Shown in pieces: positions 1-13,200 of a stretch of 64,000 nucleotides of DNA. The stretch covers positions 72,679-136,678 of the forward strand of contig PS015097.1 in assembly GCA_048213135.1 (NCBI GenBank), read 5' to 3'. Position 1 is the stretch's first letter. Each line of letters opens with the position of its first letter. The notes beneath the pieces are model-generated. The model was given only the letters and a program-made list of their open reading frames with translations. It was not told the origin of the DNA and searched no databases. This stretch comes from Reclinomonas americana ATCC 50394 (taxonomy: Eukaryota). A program made the translations under genes and the position numbers.

Positions 1-66
1 TGTGTGTGTGTGCGTGGTTCTTCATTCACCACGCTTCATCATGCTGACATGTTTGTGTGATCGTAG

Positions 67-1937
67 GATGCGTGGTTGATTTCAGAGTTGATTGTGGTGG
101 ACGGCACGCAGCGACTGACGGCGGCCGAGTCGCTGTGCCATCCGTTCTTCACGCATGCGTCGGTGGATCGCCTGCGACACAATGGTCTGTTGTTGGACCC
201 TGAGCATAAGGTTATTGCGCTCAGGCGGCACCTGGCCGTGGTGCGCGAGCGCAATGCGCCGATCTTTGGCATTGAGAGGTACACACATTTTCGTGTGCCA
301 GTGTTTGTCATCGATTCCTCCGCCCTCTCATTTCTCACCCTGTGTAATCAGTGTGTCGCTGCACATCAACATTGACGCGGTGGTGGATTCGGTGTTCCAG
401 TGGTTGGGTGAGCTGTTGGAGGATGGCTGGCGCATGCCGCTGGAGTTGCACATGTCGGGCGGCAGCGACTATGTCAACAATCTGTTCCGTGTGTACAATT
501 CGGTGCGTTGCAGGCGTCGTTCTCGCCGGCGGTGCATGTTCCCCTTATTCCTTGTGCTGCAGTTCTTCCATCGCATCGGCTCCCACCGTCTTTTCGAGAG
601 CCGCACCGCCTCCAAGGACATGTGTCTGCCGGCTGCTGACGGTGGTGGTGGGAACTTGTCAAGGTACGAGCTTCTCGGCAAGATCATCATCAAGTGCTTG
701 CTCGACGGCCGCCTGCTGCCGGTGCGCACCTTTGCGCCCTCGTTGTACAAGTACATTGCGGGCATGCCGGTGCGTTTGCGTGCACATGTGCATATGTGTG
801 CGTTCTCTGCAGTGTCTCACGTTGGCGTGAACAGGTCACCTTCCACGATCTGGAGCTCTTTGACCCACCGCTTGCCGGTCGCCTCAAGCAACTGTTGGCG
901 AACCCGGAACCGGAGTCCGAGAACATGACGTTTGCCATGTGTGGTGCGTGTGCATGATTATCATCAACACTTTGTGTGTGTTGTGTGTGCGCGTGCTAAA
1001 ACCGGCTGCCGTATCGACGCAGGTGGAGACGCCAGCACGCGCGTGACGAATGAGAACAAGGGTGTGTTTGTGGAGCGTGTTGTGCAGCACACACTCGTAG
1101 ACTCGCGCAAGCAGGCGCTGGAGGCGTTGAAGCGAGGTCTGTTCGTCGTCGTCTTTGTTGAGTGTGGCGGCACCGCGCACATCGCTCACTGGTTGGCACG
1201 TGCGTTGCAGGCATGGTGTGGTGTGGCAATCTGATTGAGATCGGCGACAACTTGAGTCTGCTTGGCTGTCGCGACCTCATGCAGTTCTGCTGCGGCCACT
1301 TGGAGCTGACCACTGATCGTATCATCAGCGCTTTCAACATGCAGATGGTGGAGGACACTTCCTTTGTAGGTCTGTCAAGCGGCGTCGTGTCATGTCATGC
1401 AGCCTCTTTCCTTTGCTCACTCTCTCTGCAATCACACGTCCACAGAGCGACTCCGCGAGACGCTGGAGCAGTGGGAGCGTGAGCACCCGCAGCGTCTGTC
1501 GGCGTTCATGGAGTATGCCACTGGCTTGCCATGTTGCGTGTGTTTGAGCTTTACTTGCAGCATGGTGACGTTTCGTTGCTGACTCCTCCGCACACAGCTG
1601 TGCCATTCGAGGGCATGTACAATGTCAACTCACCAAATCTCGAGCCCGATTCCGCACTGGTGCGTCTCGACGACGAGGTGTCGGTCGACTTGGCACCCCG
1701 GTGGAGCACGCACGAGTTGGTGCTGTCACCAACGAGCCAGCTGCTCTCGTGCGACACCACCGCCGCGTTTGGTGAGCGCCTGTTCCAGTTGATGGCCGAG
1801 CAGGGGCAGCGGCCGGCAGACGATGGCGGTGAGTGATGTTTGTACACGGGAAGTGTGGTGCGGTGATCATTGTGTGCTCACACGGTTGTTTGCGTGCAGC
1901 TGACGGCGGTGACCAGCTGTTCGAGGAGGATTATTAG
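67..1937 (+). CDS. 3' part of a protein kinase-HECT-like fusion protein (5' truncated by window edge, multi-exon)
   Basis: First exon LISELIVVDGTQRLTAAESLCHPFF resembles kinase subdomain XI. Later exons give HECT motifs (YELLGKIIIKCLLDGRLLP, SLYKYIAG|VTFHDLELFDP, VTNENKGVFV, RLSAFMEYATG). Stop TAG at 1935-1937. Confidence 0.75.
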
Positions 1938-2009
1938 AGCCTTCTGCATTGTAGTAAATTATACCCGCACGGGCTTCGTATGATTGCTTTTAGTTCATTT
2001 TGCTACGCA

Positions 2010-5000
2010 TTACAGCACACCAGTCTGATGCAAGACGCTGCGGATTAGGAATAGGCGATTCTTTTGCTCTTCCAGCAGCCGACCACTGCACGCACGCACG
2101 TAGACGCATACGTTGAGCGACACGCAACAAAACATACACACACGAGTGAGAGAGACACAGAGAGACGCAACGTCTGATTGGACACGTCGAGTACGTCCCT
2201 TACCAACGACGGATACATGTCGTATCTCTGCGCAGCGGGCTTTGCAGGTAGCCTGCCGCAGCTCTCCTCCAACTGCGCCACCGTCTCGGCCATCTCGTCC
2301 ACCTCCGTGAGCTTCAAGCGGAGAAACTCGGCCAGCTCCTCCTCCGCCTCACTCAGCGATGGCGACATGTTCAACAGCACCTGTCACAGACGAAAAGGAT
2401 GAGACGATGATGCTCTCGTGTGTTGCGTTGTTTCGCGCACCGTCACCAGACTCTTGAGACGACCCTCCAAGTGTCTCTGGCGTTCCACAATGGCCATTTG
2501 TCGCGCACGCAGTTCGCCGACCTTGAATTCTTCCGCCGCAGCGGCCTCCTGCAGCTCGGCCACCACTTGTCGAATGCGATCTCGGCGTCCGTGTACACGG
2601 TCGTTGCTATTCACCAGACTGTGAGCGGATGCTTGCACACGTCGAGCGAGATACACGCGCGTTCTCACTCACAATCGCTCAATCACGTGCTCCACCTTGG
2701 CCACGGCCGCCACAACGCGCTCCACCGACGAGCACGCCTCGGTGAATTGCGTCAGCCGACGGACTTCTCGCACATCAGACGACGCATCCGCCTGCGCGCA
2801 CAGTCACCACTCAGCTGCAGTACACGCACACACAAATACACCATCATGTATACACACACCGCTGCTGCCGATGTGAAACTCGTGGCCACCCCTCGCAACG
2901 TCATCAGCTGCTTGGTGACCTCGTCCAGCGACGCATGCAGCACAGGGTCGATATCGCCACCTGTGTACAACCAAAAAAAGAAGAGACTCAGCGCTTCGCT
3001 CACCGAAAACACAAAATACAATGCCTTTGGTCGCACCTGCCGCGTCGGCGGCACCTCCCACTGGTATCTCGCGCACAGGTGGCGCTTTGACACGATCCAG
3101 TGATGCGCACCACACAGCCGCCGAGTCGAGCACCAGCAGCATAAAGTACCCGAGGAAAGGGTCACTGAGTGCGGCACTCTGGAGGACGCCGGGTACTCGT
3201 TCACCAGCAGCCGACGTGTTGACGGGTGGTGGCCTGATGTACTCGACAGCGGTCTCCACCGCCGACGGTGCCAGGTCGCCGCCCTGAGAAACGGATGAGT
3301 CCATGACAATCGGAGAACGCGCACGATAGAGCATAGCGCAACTTGATCGGCTGCAATCTGCTGCACCCACTGCAAGCGATACTGCGTTACAAGGCCCTGC
3401 ACACTCGTGTACACGATCTCGCGGAACAGCGGGTCCAACAGGAGCGACACGGAATTGGCCTGCGGAGTGCACACTAAGCAGCAATCTATAATACACGAAA
3501 ATGCGCAACAACGAACCGGTGGTAATGTGGCCAATCGTCGACCAAGAGTCTCCACGCGCACTAATTCCGACGTCTGCACGTACACACACCGTCAACAATG
3601 GCAGTTACTCACACACTCTCTATGATGTACACACGCGCACCGGTTCTGACGTGAACCACCACGGTTGGACGCCACCGAACAGCCAAAACGCATCCGCCGA
3701 TCCGTCAGCAAACGCCTGAACAATCGCCAAATCTTGCGACTTGCCCGTAGCAATCACACGCAAATCGACAACGGCACGTCCTTCTGCAATCGTGGTCGGG
3801 TCCACTGGTTTTGCGGTCCCATCGCGTTCATCCTCCGGCTACGTCGCCATCAGCACCAGGAGAGGGGGGAGGGGGAAGGAGACAAAAGAGACACGCACCA
3901 CCGGGAATGGACCGATACAGCGCAGTCGATGCGGACTGAACACGTCTGACGTGGGCAGCCGCGTCACGAAAACGTCCTCCGCATCGGGTGCAGACGCCGA
4001 GCTATCCAGCCTGCGAGCGACGTGCGATCAAATGAGTCGGACGGCACGCCACAAAAGCAGCTGCATCTGCTGAGGATGAAGAACAAGGCACGAAACAGAA
4101 ATGATGGTGAGACACCAATGTCCTGCAGGAACCGCCTGATCTCTGCTGCATCCGCCGAGAACTCGCGAAGCATCTCCCTCACGCCATTCAACGGAAGCTC
4201 TCTGCGGGCGCGTGTGAGGGTGTGACGGGCGAGGCGAGGCGACGATATGAGTGCACAGCACGCACACTCCCAGCGGAACCACCGGACACAGAGCGTACAG
4301 ACTGCCGCTCCGAGTGCTGTAGAAGATGGTGAATGCGTCCCACGAGAACGCCTCTGCAGCGAGGAAGGGTGGGTGAGTGAGTAGGCGCACGTCAGTGAAC
4401 GTGTGGTGCAGAGCAGAGGACGCACCCGAGTCGGCCGACCAGTCCACCACGGCGAACCGCACCACGGGATCGAGGGGATCGGGAAAGTACAAGTGCAGCG
4501 AGTACTCGGGTGCTTCGGGGTTGTTGACATTCACAACGCTGCAGACACACACAATTAGCACCATTGGTTGCGAGGCAAAGTTGGGCGACGACGACGACGA
4601 CGCAACTGCAGCATGTTGTCCGACAAGAACACAATCACGTGCTCCTCCGACGCCGGATGCCACTCGACTTGCACCAGTTTTAGCCTCTCGTCGCGCAAGA
4701 ACATGTTCTCCAGCAGCAGACCACTCGAACTGCACGACGAGTCAGCGAGAGAGATCACGATCATCTTTTTCCATTGGCGTGCATTCCTCTCACCTCACAC
4801 TCAGCGTGGACCCTGCACTGCGTCGCTGATCGACGTGAATAAGCTCACACTGCACATCGTCGGCGGCCAGCAGCCACGTGGCGGCGGCGTTGAAGAGTAG
4901 GCGCGACGGCGCAAAACCACCCACAGTTTCCACCGATGTCTTGACTCGCCCTCTGCTCGACGACGAGGGCGCAGAGGCCGCCACCTGCAGCTGCCGCATG

Positions 5001-5388
5001 TCACACACAGTGATCATAGTCGTCGTTGATGTTGTTGTCGTGGTCGCCGACTTGTCTGCGCGTGATCGCAGCGGTGACGAGTGACGACGATGGCGATGTG
5101 GAGTGCCTGGTCCTCCATCATCATCATCATCAACACCAGCACCAGAGCGACGCCGCTCTTCCGTGAAGGCAATCAGTGAGCGAGGAGCGCCGACGGCAAA
5201 GCGGAATCGCGAGGCGGCGTCTTGGCCTCCTGCGTGTGCGTGAGTGAGTGTGTGAGTGAGAGAGGAGAGGACATGTGCGTGTGTGCGCGCGCGAAACACT
5301 CGCTCACGATGCCGCTGCCACGAGATGCACACTCACCTGCGACAAGCGCCTGCTGGAGCAGATCGACGACATGACCGCGGCCTTCCAT
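2010..5388 (-). CDS. NUP88: Nucleoporin Nup88/Nup82-like (beta-propeller plus C-terminal coiled coil), multi-exon
   Basis: Spliced motifs VQVEWHPASEEHVIVFLSDNML and WDAFTIFYSTRSGSLYALCPVVP match the Nup82/88 propeller. The C-terminus is coiled-coil-like. ATG at 5388, TAA at 2010-2012. Confidence 0.75.
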
Positions 5389-5459
5389 TGGCGCGCCTTC
5401 ACCAGATTAGAGGGACGTTGGACATTGAGGACAACTTGCATGTCTCTACGTAAGGCGTT

Positions 5460-7179
5460 TCATTTTTTGACACTACTGCTGCTGTTGTGCTCCTTGTGCT
5501 GTGCGGCTAGGCCGAGAACGATGGCGTGGCGGAAGCCCGTGGATACATCGTCGATCAGCGACATGTCAAAGTCGGCGGCGACGTCGCGCGGTTGCTCAAA
5601 GCCACCGCCGAGCATGATCCACCGACCGCTCTCGGTGCGAACGGTGGTGGTCAGGTGACCGCAGCGAATGTAATTCACGCGTTCGCCGCCCCACAGCTGC
5701 TCCGCTGGCAACAGCACCGGGTCGACAAAATCGGCGTCGACGCCGGCGGTGGCCTGGCCGAGCTGCAGATGCCGGTTCAGGCCCCAGCCGTAGACGCGGC
5801 CAGTGTCTGGTGATGCGAGCGACGGTCAGCACACACCCCACAGCAGCAGCAGCAGCAGCATCGCTCCACCAACGCACCTGTCAGCGCCACGCAGTGGTAC
5901 ATGCCCGAGGAGACGGCGACGAAGCGGATGTTGCTCTGTGCGACCCCGTCTGCTTTCTCGCGCGGCTCGAGTTGCCGAGGCGACAACTGGTCACGCCACT
6001 GTTTTGACGATGGATCCCTGGTGTTGCTCTGTCGCTTGCCCCACACGAACAGGTCGCCATCGGCTAGCCGCTCATCGCCGTGAGCATGACTTTTTTCGCG
6101 TCTCCAACTTCGACAGAGGGCAGCGTAACGCAACTGGAGAGGGCCACCGTGTGACCAAAGCCGCAGTGCACATCGGCGGCCTCCACGCGCTGACTTCCCG
6201 CGGCGGAGGGATTGCGAACCACACCGCCGGCCAGCGGCTGCGCCCCGCCTGCCACTGGCGGTGTCGACTGCCTCTGCGCCACCAGATGCACCTCCTGCGG
6301 TGCACTGGCAAACAGCGAGTCGAACGTGCCCACACCCAGCTGACCGCGCGATCCTCGACCCCACGAAAACACACGCCCGTCAGCGCACACACACGCCACG
6401 TGCGTGAAGCCGAGCGAGACGGTCTTGACCGGCGCCGGCAACGATGAGACCTTGTGGAACGTGTCGGGCAGTGGATTCGAGTCGCCCGTGGCACACTGCG
6501 CGACGGGTGAGCGAGCAGGAAACAGCAAGAGGGGAGGAGCAAAGCAGCGCCGACCTGTCCCATGTAATTCTCGCCGCACATGTACAACGAGTTGTCTTCG
6601 CTCACGGCCGCCGTAAGCGCACACCCGGTCGTCACCGATCGGAACTTGACCTCAGCAGGGAACATGCGCACCGGCACCATCGACTCGATGCCTCTACGCA
6701 GCAGGAAAGCAATGAGAAGGCCATGGAGTGCGATCGAGACAGCGCATCCATTGCCATCGCAACTTTGAGGCTCCCAGCCAGTTAAAGAGGCGCATGAGGA
6801 ACGGGTACTTGTCGGCCATGGTCACCACTGTCACTGTGCGTCGCAGATCGGTCAGGCGGCCCCAGGCCAGCACCATACCATCGCCAGTCAGCACTGCCGA
6901 GTGTGCCCTGCGGAAATGATGCATTCAGCGTCGAGACAAGCAAGGCAGAGAGAGTGTGAGAGTGTGGGAGAGTGAGAGAGGACCATCCTGCAGACACAGC
7001 ACGCACTGGCGTGTGTGCCAGCGACTTGACGAGCGCAGGCGTTGCGTGGTGAGCAAGATCGCCGTGCCCAAGTGCTCCCAGTGAGCTGCACGTATACAGT
7101 GAGCGCAGAAGCAAGAGGGAAGAGGAGGAGGCAACACACGCAACCCCACGCCCAGTGTGTACACGCGCGACAGAAGCAT
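5460..7179 (-). CDS. RCC1-repeat protein
   Basis: Repeated RCC1 blades: GALGHGD...VSAGWAHSAVLTGDGMVLAWG, LGFTHVACVCADGRVFSWGRGSRGQLG, HCGFGHTVAL, CGHLTT, STGFRHAIVL. Confidence 0.85.
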
Positions 7180-7259
7180 GCCAGAATGTCCTGCAAATCT
7201 TCTCTGTCACTCACTCTTATCTCTCACGCTCGTCACTCTCCGACGCAGCAGCTGTGCGG

Positions 7260-10200
7260 ATGAAGTGGTCAGTGCCTGCGTCAACAGCCGCTGGAGGGCC
7301 CTCTGAGCGACAGGCGTCACGCGGTTGTGTGGTTGCGTAAGAGACAATCCCTTGTTGTGCACACTTGCACACTTGCACACACACACTCTCTCTCGCACAC
7401 ACACGGAGCGCGCAGTAGCATACATCCTCGAGAAACACTCACTTTTCACGTTTTGCAGCAACAAAACACGCTGTATGTGCACGGTGGCAACAATGGATCT
7501 GTGTGGTTCGGCGATGTGTACGCACTGGATGGAGGTGCGTGCGCGAGTGATCGTCCTTCTCTCTCTGCGTGTCCTCTCTCATGCGCGTGCATGCATACTG
7601 TGTTCCGCGGATGTATTTTTCTCTCTTGCAACAGAGTCGCTGACTTGGTCGCGAGTGGTCGACGCCGACGGTTCCACTCCGCCTCCGCCACGTGCGTGGC
7701 ACACGTTGACGGCGTGCCCCGATGGCCGCCGCCTCTTCATGTTTGGTGGACGCGACGAGTCGAGCTGGTTCAACGACATGTTCTACTTTGATGTCGGTTC
7801 GGTGGTGGCCGATCGCGTTCCTCCAGTGTGGTCGTTGCTTACACTCGCTGCTGCAGTCACCAAGACGTGGATTCAGAGTGGCTGGTTCGGTCCGTTGCCT
7901 TCGGCACGAGGCTGGCACACGTGCTCGTTGATGGTCAGCGAGACGCCTGGTGTGGCGCCGCGCATGATTGTGTTTGGTGGCTTCAGTGCCGGCTTCTCGA
8001 ACGAGGTGTTTGTGCTGGATCTCGTCACGTCGACGTGGACGGTGCCGGTCACCAGCGGAACGCCACCGGAGCCGCGCGGCAATCATGCGGCTGCTGTGTG
8101 TGGCTCGTGTCTGTACATTATCGGCGGTACCAATGGCGATCAGGACTTTATGGATGTGTTTTGTTTGGATACCGGTGCGTGATGGTGATGATAAGAAGGA
8201 GAGCGAGCACGGTCTCTCACTGTGTGGGTGCAGCTACGTGGGCGTGGACGCAGATTGAGGTCTCCGGCAACGCTCCCGAGCCTCGTCACTCGCACTCGGT
8301 GACGTGCATCTCCAAATGGGAGTGCATTCTGTTCGGTGGCCAGTCTGGTGGCGACACTTGCTTTGCCGATACGCACCTGTTCAACTTTCGTTGCGCGATG
8401 AAGAGATGTGGAGAATGGTGTGTCAGTGCGTGCTCGTCTGCTCACACGACGAAATGCGTGACGTGCAGGCACTCGCGCCTGGACGCCCATCACGCTCACT
8501 GGTACGCCACCCGATGCCAGACACTCGCACGTGGCTGGTTTCCTTGAGCCCTGGCATCGGCACGTGGTGACGTGCGGTTGCGGTGATCACGACTTCCTTC
8601 GCGATACGTTTACGTTGAAAACTCGTTGCGTGCACGCACGGAGAACGGTTGATGACGTGCGCTCGTGGCACTCATTGTGTGATTGTGTACGTCTTGTAGT
8701 GATCGATGCTGCCTCACCACCGCCACCGATTTCGGTCAAGAGACGGTGCGTCGGGTGAACAGTGTGCTTCCCTTCTTGTGTCTCACCCACACACGCACCT
8801 CGTTCACAGCGGATCGGACGGAGCGAGCGCCGCGGCCAGTCCCATTCAGCAGCAGCTGAAAGAGAAGCTGCTGGAGCGCGCTGTCGAGGCACGCGAGAAG
8901 GCCGAGAGCGAGCTGGAGCGAGAGCATTTGCGACGCCTGGAGGCCGAAGGTGTGAACATGACAGTGCTCGACTCGTTTCGACTCGCTGAATTGACTTGCG
9001 CGCATTACAGTGGAAAAGGAGCGCATCGAAAGTGAATTGATGAGGCTGCGCAAGCAGGTGGAGAAACAGGGACCACTGTCGCCGGTTGGCGAAGGTCTGT
9101 CGATTCTCCCCGCACGTTGCTGTTGACCGTTTCCTCTACACGCACACTGATACTTCTCCTCCGTCACAGATCCTGCTCGTCGAGTGCGTTTCCAGCTGGA
9201 GGGCGGTGCTGAGGAATCACCACGGCGACGCACTGCCGAGCTGGAGCGCTTGTTGGAGACCGTGAGTGCAGAGAAGGCGCGACTGGAGGCGTCGTCGGCT
9301 CAGCGCACACAGGAGCTCGAATCGCAGGGTACGAATCCGGTGCCACGCTTGCGTTTTTTCCCCCTGCGTAAGCGTTGCTGAATTGGCACGGTGTGTGCAG
9401 TGCGATTGCTGCAGGACAGTCTGCGACAGCGAGACGCCACTGTTGGCGATCTCGAGGGCCAACTGAAGCAGCGGGATGCGGCAGCTGCACAGGCGCAGAC
9501 ACTGCTGAAGCAACGCGACGGGCGTGTGAAGCAGCTGGAGACGCGAGTTGAGGAATTGGAGGTGGCATCCAAGGCAGCCGCAGCAGCAACTCCAGCTCCG
9601 GCGGCAGCGGTCAGTGCGCCTGCACTCACTGCAGCGCAGAATGGTCGCATGGAGGCCGAAATGCAAGAGCTCCGTGAACACATTGAGAATCTGGAGCACA
9701 TGCTGGCAGACTATGGTGAATTGCAGACGCTGATTGCATCGCTGGAGGCCGAGAAGGCACAATTGGAGAAGCGTGAAGCGGCACTGAAGACGGTGTGTTC
9801 GCCATGTTTTGCCCTCTTGTGAGACATCACCACATGCTGTTGTTCCTTACTGCTTTTTACAATCTCTTCAGCGCATTTCTACTCTGGAGAATGCAAATGT
9901 TGCGACGCTGTCGTGCTGCTTGCGCTGCGTAGCATCCATCTCATTCATATTGACCACGCAATGCAGAAGGACCAGAACTCATCGGCACGCGAGCTTGAGC
10001 GCCTGCGCTCGGAACTCGAGTACGCCGAGACGGAGGCCGCACAGCTGCGGGAGGACTTGCGTGAGGCACAACAGAACGCCCATTCGGGCGACGAAGACGA
10101 GATGGAGCGGATGCAGATGAATGTGATGGAGATGCGGCGCGAGCTGGAAGAGATTACGCAGGACCTCCACGATCGCACCGAGCAGCTGGAAGCGGTGACT

Positions 10201-13200
10201 GCCGAGCGCAATGCACTGGCGCAGAGTGTTGCGTCGGCCGTCGTTCACCCATTTTGCACTGCTCTTGCTTCTCATCCACGCACACAGAAATCCAACTGGG
10301 AGAATCACGACTCGATTGTCGCGCAATTGACGTCGAAACTGCAGGATGTTACGTATTCCTTCCTGCTTGCTGCACTTGTGTCGCACACATCCTTACCGTC
10401 ATATGTATGTATGCCAGGCGGAGAACGACAAGCTGCTGCTGCAGGGCCAGATTCACGTGTTGGACGGTCGCATTGCACAGCTGCGCGAGGCAGCCACCGT
10501 GAATCCACAACATTTGGTTCGTGCCACACACGTGAGCAATCTCCAAATTCTGTGCGAATCGTTCTCTCACGCGACAGATGCACAGGCCTCACCGGCGCCA
10601 TCCTCGTCTTCGGTACTTGGCCGTTCGCCGGCCACACCACTGTCACCAATGTCCACTATCTCGGATCGTGGTGCCGAATCGGCCCAACGAGAACAGCAAC
10701 GGCTGCGCGAGGCACTGGACGTGTCGCAGACGCAGCTGGATGACGCGTTGCACGAGGCGCAAGTGCAGACTGCTGCGGTACGTTGTTGCTTGATCGGCTG
10801 CTGTGTTGGCGATGAAGATGCTTACCTCCACGAACAGCGCGCTCTCTCGGAGAAGCAGACCGCCGACCTGCAGGTGCAACTGGCGGCACAAACAGAGCGC
10901 GCCACACAAGCGGCTCAATCGGTTCGTGACCCAAGTTCAATCAATCATTTGGGTTGTTGTTGTTGTTGACATGCTCTTGTCCTCTGCCAACACAGGAGGC
11001 GCAAGCAAAGCACACGGCAACTCTTGCGCAGCGTGAGGTGAGGCGTTTGATTCATGCACATGATTCCCTCTCCTCTCGCTGTTCACACCGTGTGTGTGTG
11101 CGTGTCAGCTGGAGAGCGTACAGCGACTGTTGCAGGTGGAACAACAAAAGCTGCTGCAATTGGAGGAGCGCAACAGTCGGCTTGTGCATGACTTGCGTGC
11201 CGAGCAAGACCACGCAAGCGAGCTGGAGATTGAGCTGCAGGTATGTGTTTTTAAGTTGCGAGGAGAGTGGTTTCCGTCGCACTCACGGCGTTGGTGCAGC
11301 GGCATTCCACGGGCGCCGGCGATTCAGCGGCAGCGGCGGCGGCGGCTGAGGCGACAGACGAGGGTGACAGTTCACCGTTGGCGGTGCTCTCCAAAGAGAA
11401 CGCCGCGCTTCGCAAGCGAGCCGCACAGCTGCAAGACGATCTGCAAGAGGTGCACCCGTGTTGCTGTTGCTGTTGTCTGGCAAGTGGGGGGGTTTCACTG
11501 ATGAATAAGTGTGGCACAGGCCAATCACTTGCTAAATGACATGGAGCTGGCGCTGCATGCCTCACAAACAGAATTGCGCGACGCGCGTCATGCACTGGTG
11601 GAGCAGCAAGAGGCCTCGGCTGGGTGAGTATCGTAGCACCTCTGCGAGATCATGGGCATGCCGTCACTCACAACGTCGGAACAGGGCCGGCGATGTGGCG
11701 AAGCTGCAAGTGCAGCTGGAGGCAGAGAGACTTCGTGTTCGCACGGTGTGTTCTGTGGTCATGTTTCTTCGATGACTGGCGTGTGTGCGTGCTCATGTTT
11801 GCTCCAGTTGTTGCAAGCACAAGAGGGCAGCACCGTGTCGGCCATCAACGACCTCAATGCGAATCTCTCGCGTGCCACCCGCCGCTGCACGCAGCTGGAG
11901 ACCGAGATCAAGCTCGCCCGGTTCGTAGATTGAGTGGTAGCGAGGCGTCACTGTGAGGCTTCTGACACGCGCTCGCGTACAGTGACACGATTTCGGAGCT
12001 GCGACAAGAGTTGCGCACCACATCGCTAGACAAGGAGCATTGCGCGCAGCAGTTGCGATCGGTGAGCACAACTCTCGAGGAGGAGCGATCTACTTGGCGC
12101 GAGCAGCAGGAGCGATTGCAGAAACGATTGCGCGACGAGCAGAAAACTGTGTCGGAGGCGCGGAGCGAAGTGTCGGTGAGTGCGCCTTTCCGGTGCCCTC
12201 AACCAAGGGGGGTGTTGACGAGCGGTTGAAAACGTCGCAGAACCTGAAGCTCAAAGTCATGTCGCTGGAGGGCCAGATGCGGCACACGACGTCGTCTGCT
12301 CGCGAAATAGACTCTCGTGTGGCCACACTCGAAGAGGCCAACACTGACCTGAACGAGAGACTTCGAATGGAGCACGAAGTTGTGTGCTTGTTGACAGGGT
12401 TTTTTTTGGCGGTGTGGCGCGAGTTTCTGATGATTCCATCTCCCGCAGGAGCTGCAGCACACGCAGTTCAAGTTGCAAACCGAATCGGAAAAGGTGACCC
12501 TCTTGCAGCAGCAGCTGTCGGAGGAGCGCGAGCAGCGTAGCACCGCGCAGTCGGTACTATTCCTTGAACGTCTGAATGCTGATCAGGCGCTGCAGGTGCG
12601 TTCGCACTCGGCGGTGGTCGAAGAGGGTCTTCACCCATGTGCTCATCGTCTCGTTTGCGTGTGCAGGCCAAGGAGGCAGAGAAGGCGCAGGTGGCAAATC
12701 AATTCCGCGAGGAGCTGGGCCTGGAGATACGCGAACGCACCCGCATTGAGAGCGAACTGAATGCGACGCGCGACGAACTGGTTGCTGTCCAGCAGCGACT
12801 GGAGGAGCGTACGCGTGCCGAGTTGCGTGTCTCCCCAGATATGTGAAGAATGTGCTGTGTGGCTCTGCCTCACGTGGCCGCCGTTGCAGGGAGGAGCTGC
12901 GAACGCGTGTCAAGGACTTGAATGAGCGCAAATCCTCCGACGAAGGTCGAGACTCCGACGCTCAGATACGCTATCTGCGTGCACAGTTGGAGCTGCGAGA
13001 CGACGAGAGGCAGAAGCTGGTCGACAAACTCACCATGCTGACCAAGGTATGCTTGATTTGCATGTGTATGCTTGCGTGGCCTCGATGTCTCTGCTCACGA
13101 GCACACACATTCACACAGGACTCTGGGCTGAGTGCCGACGCTGCTTCGGTGATCGTCGAGCAGCTGGAGGCCGAGAACGCAAAACTGCGGTGAGTGCGGC

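Noticed and set aside
7300-7340. Apparent frameshift or programmed recoding in kelch exon 1 (an RHAVVWL reading in another frame)
   Set aside because: The GTTGCG donor at 7332 gives an in-frame, correctly spaced kelch blade with no frameshift.
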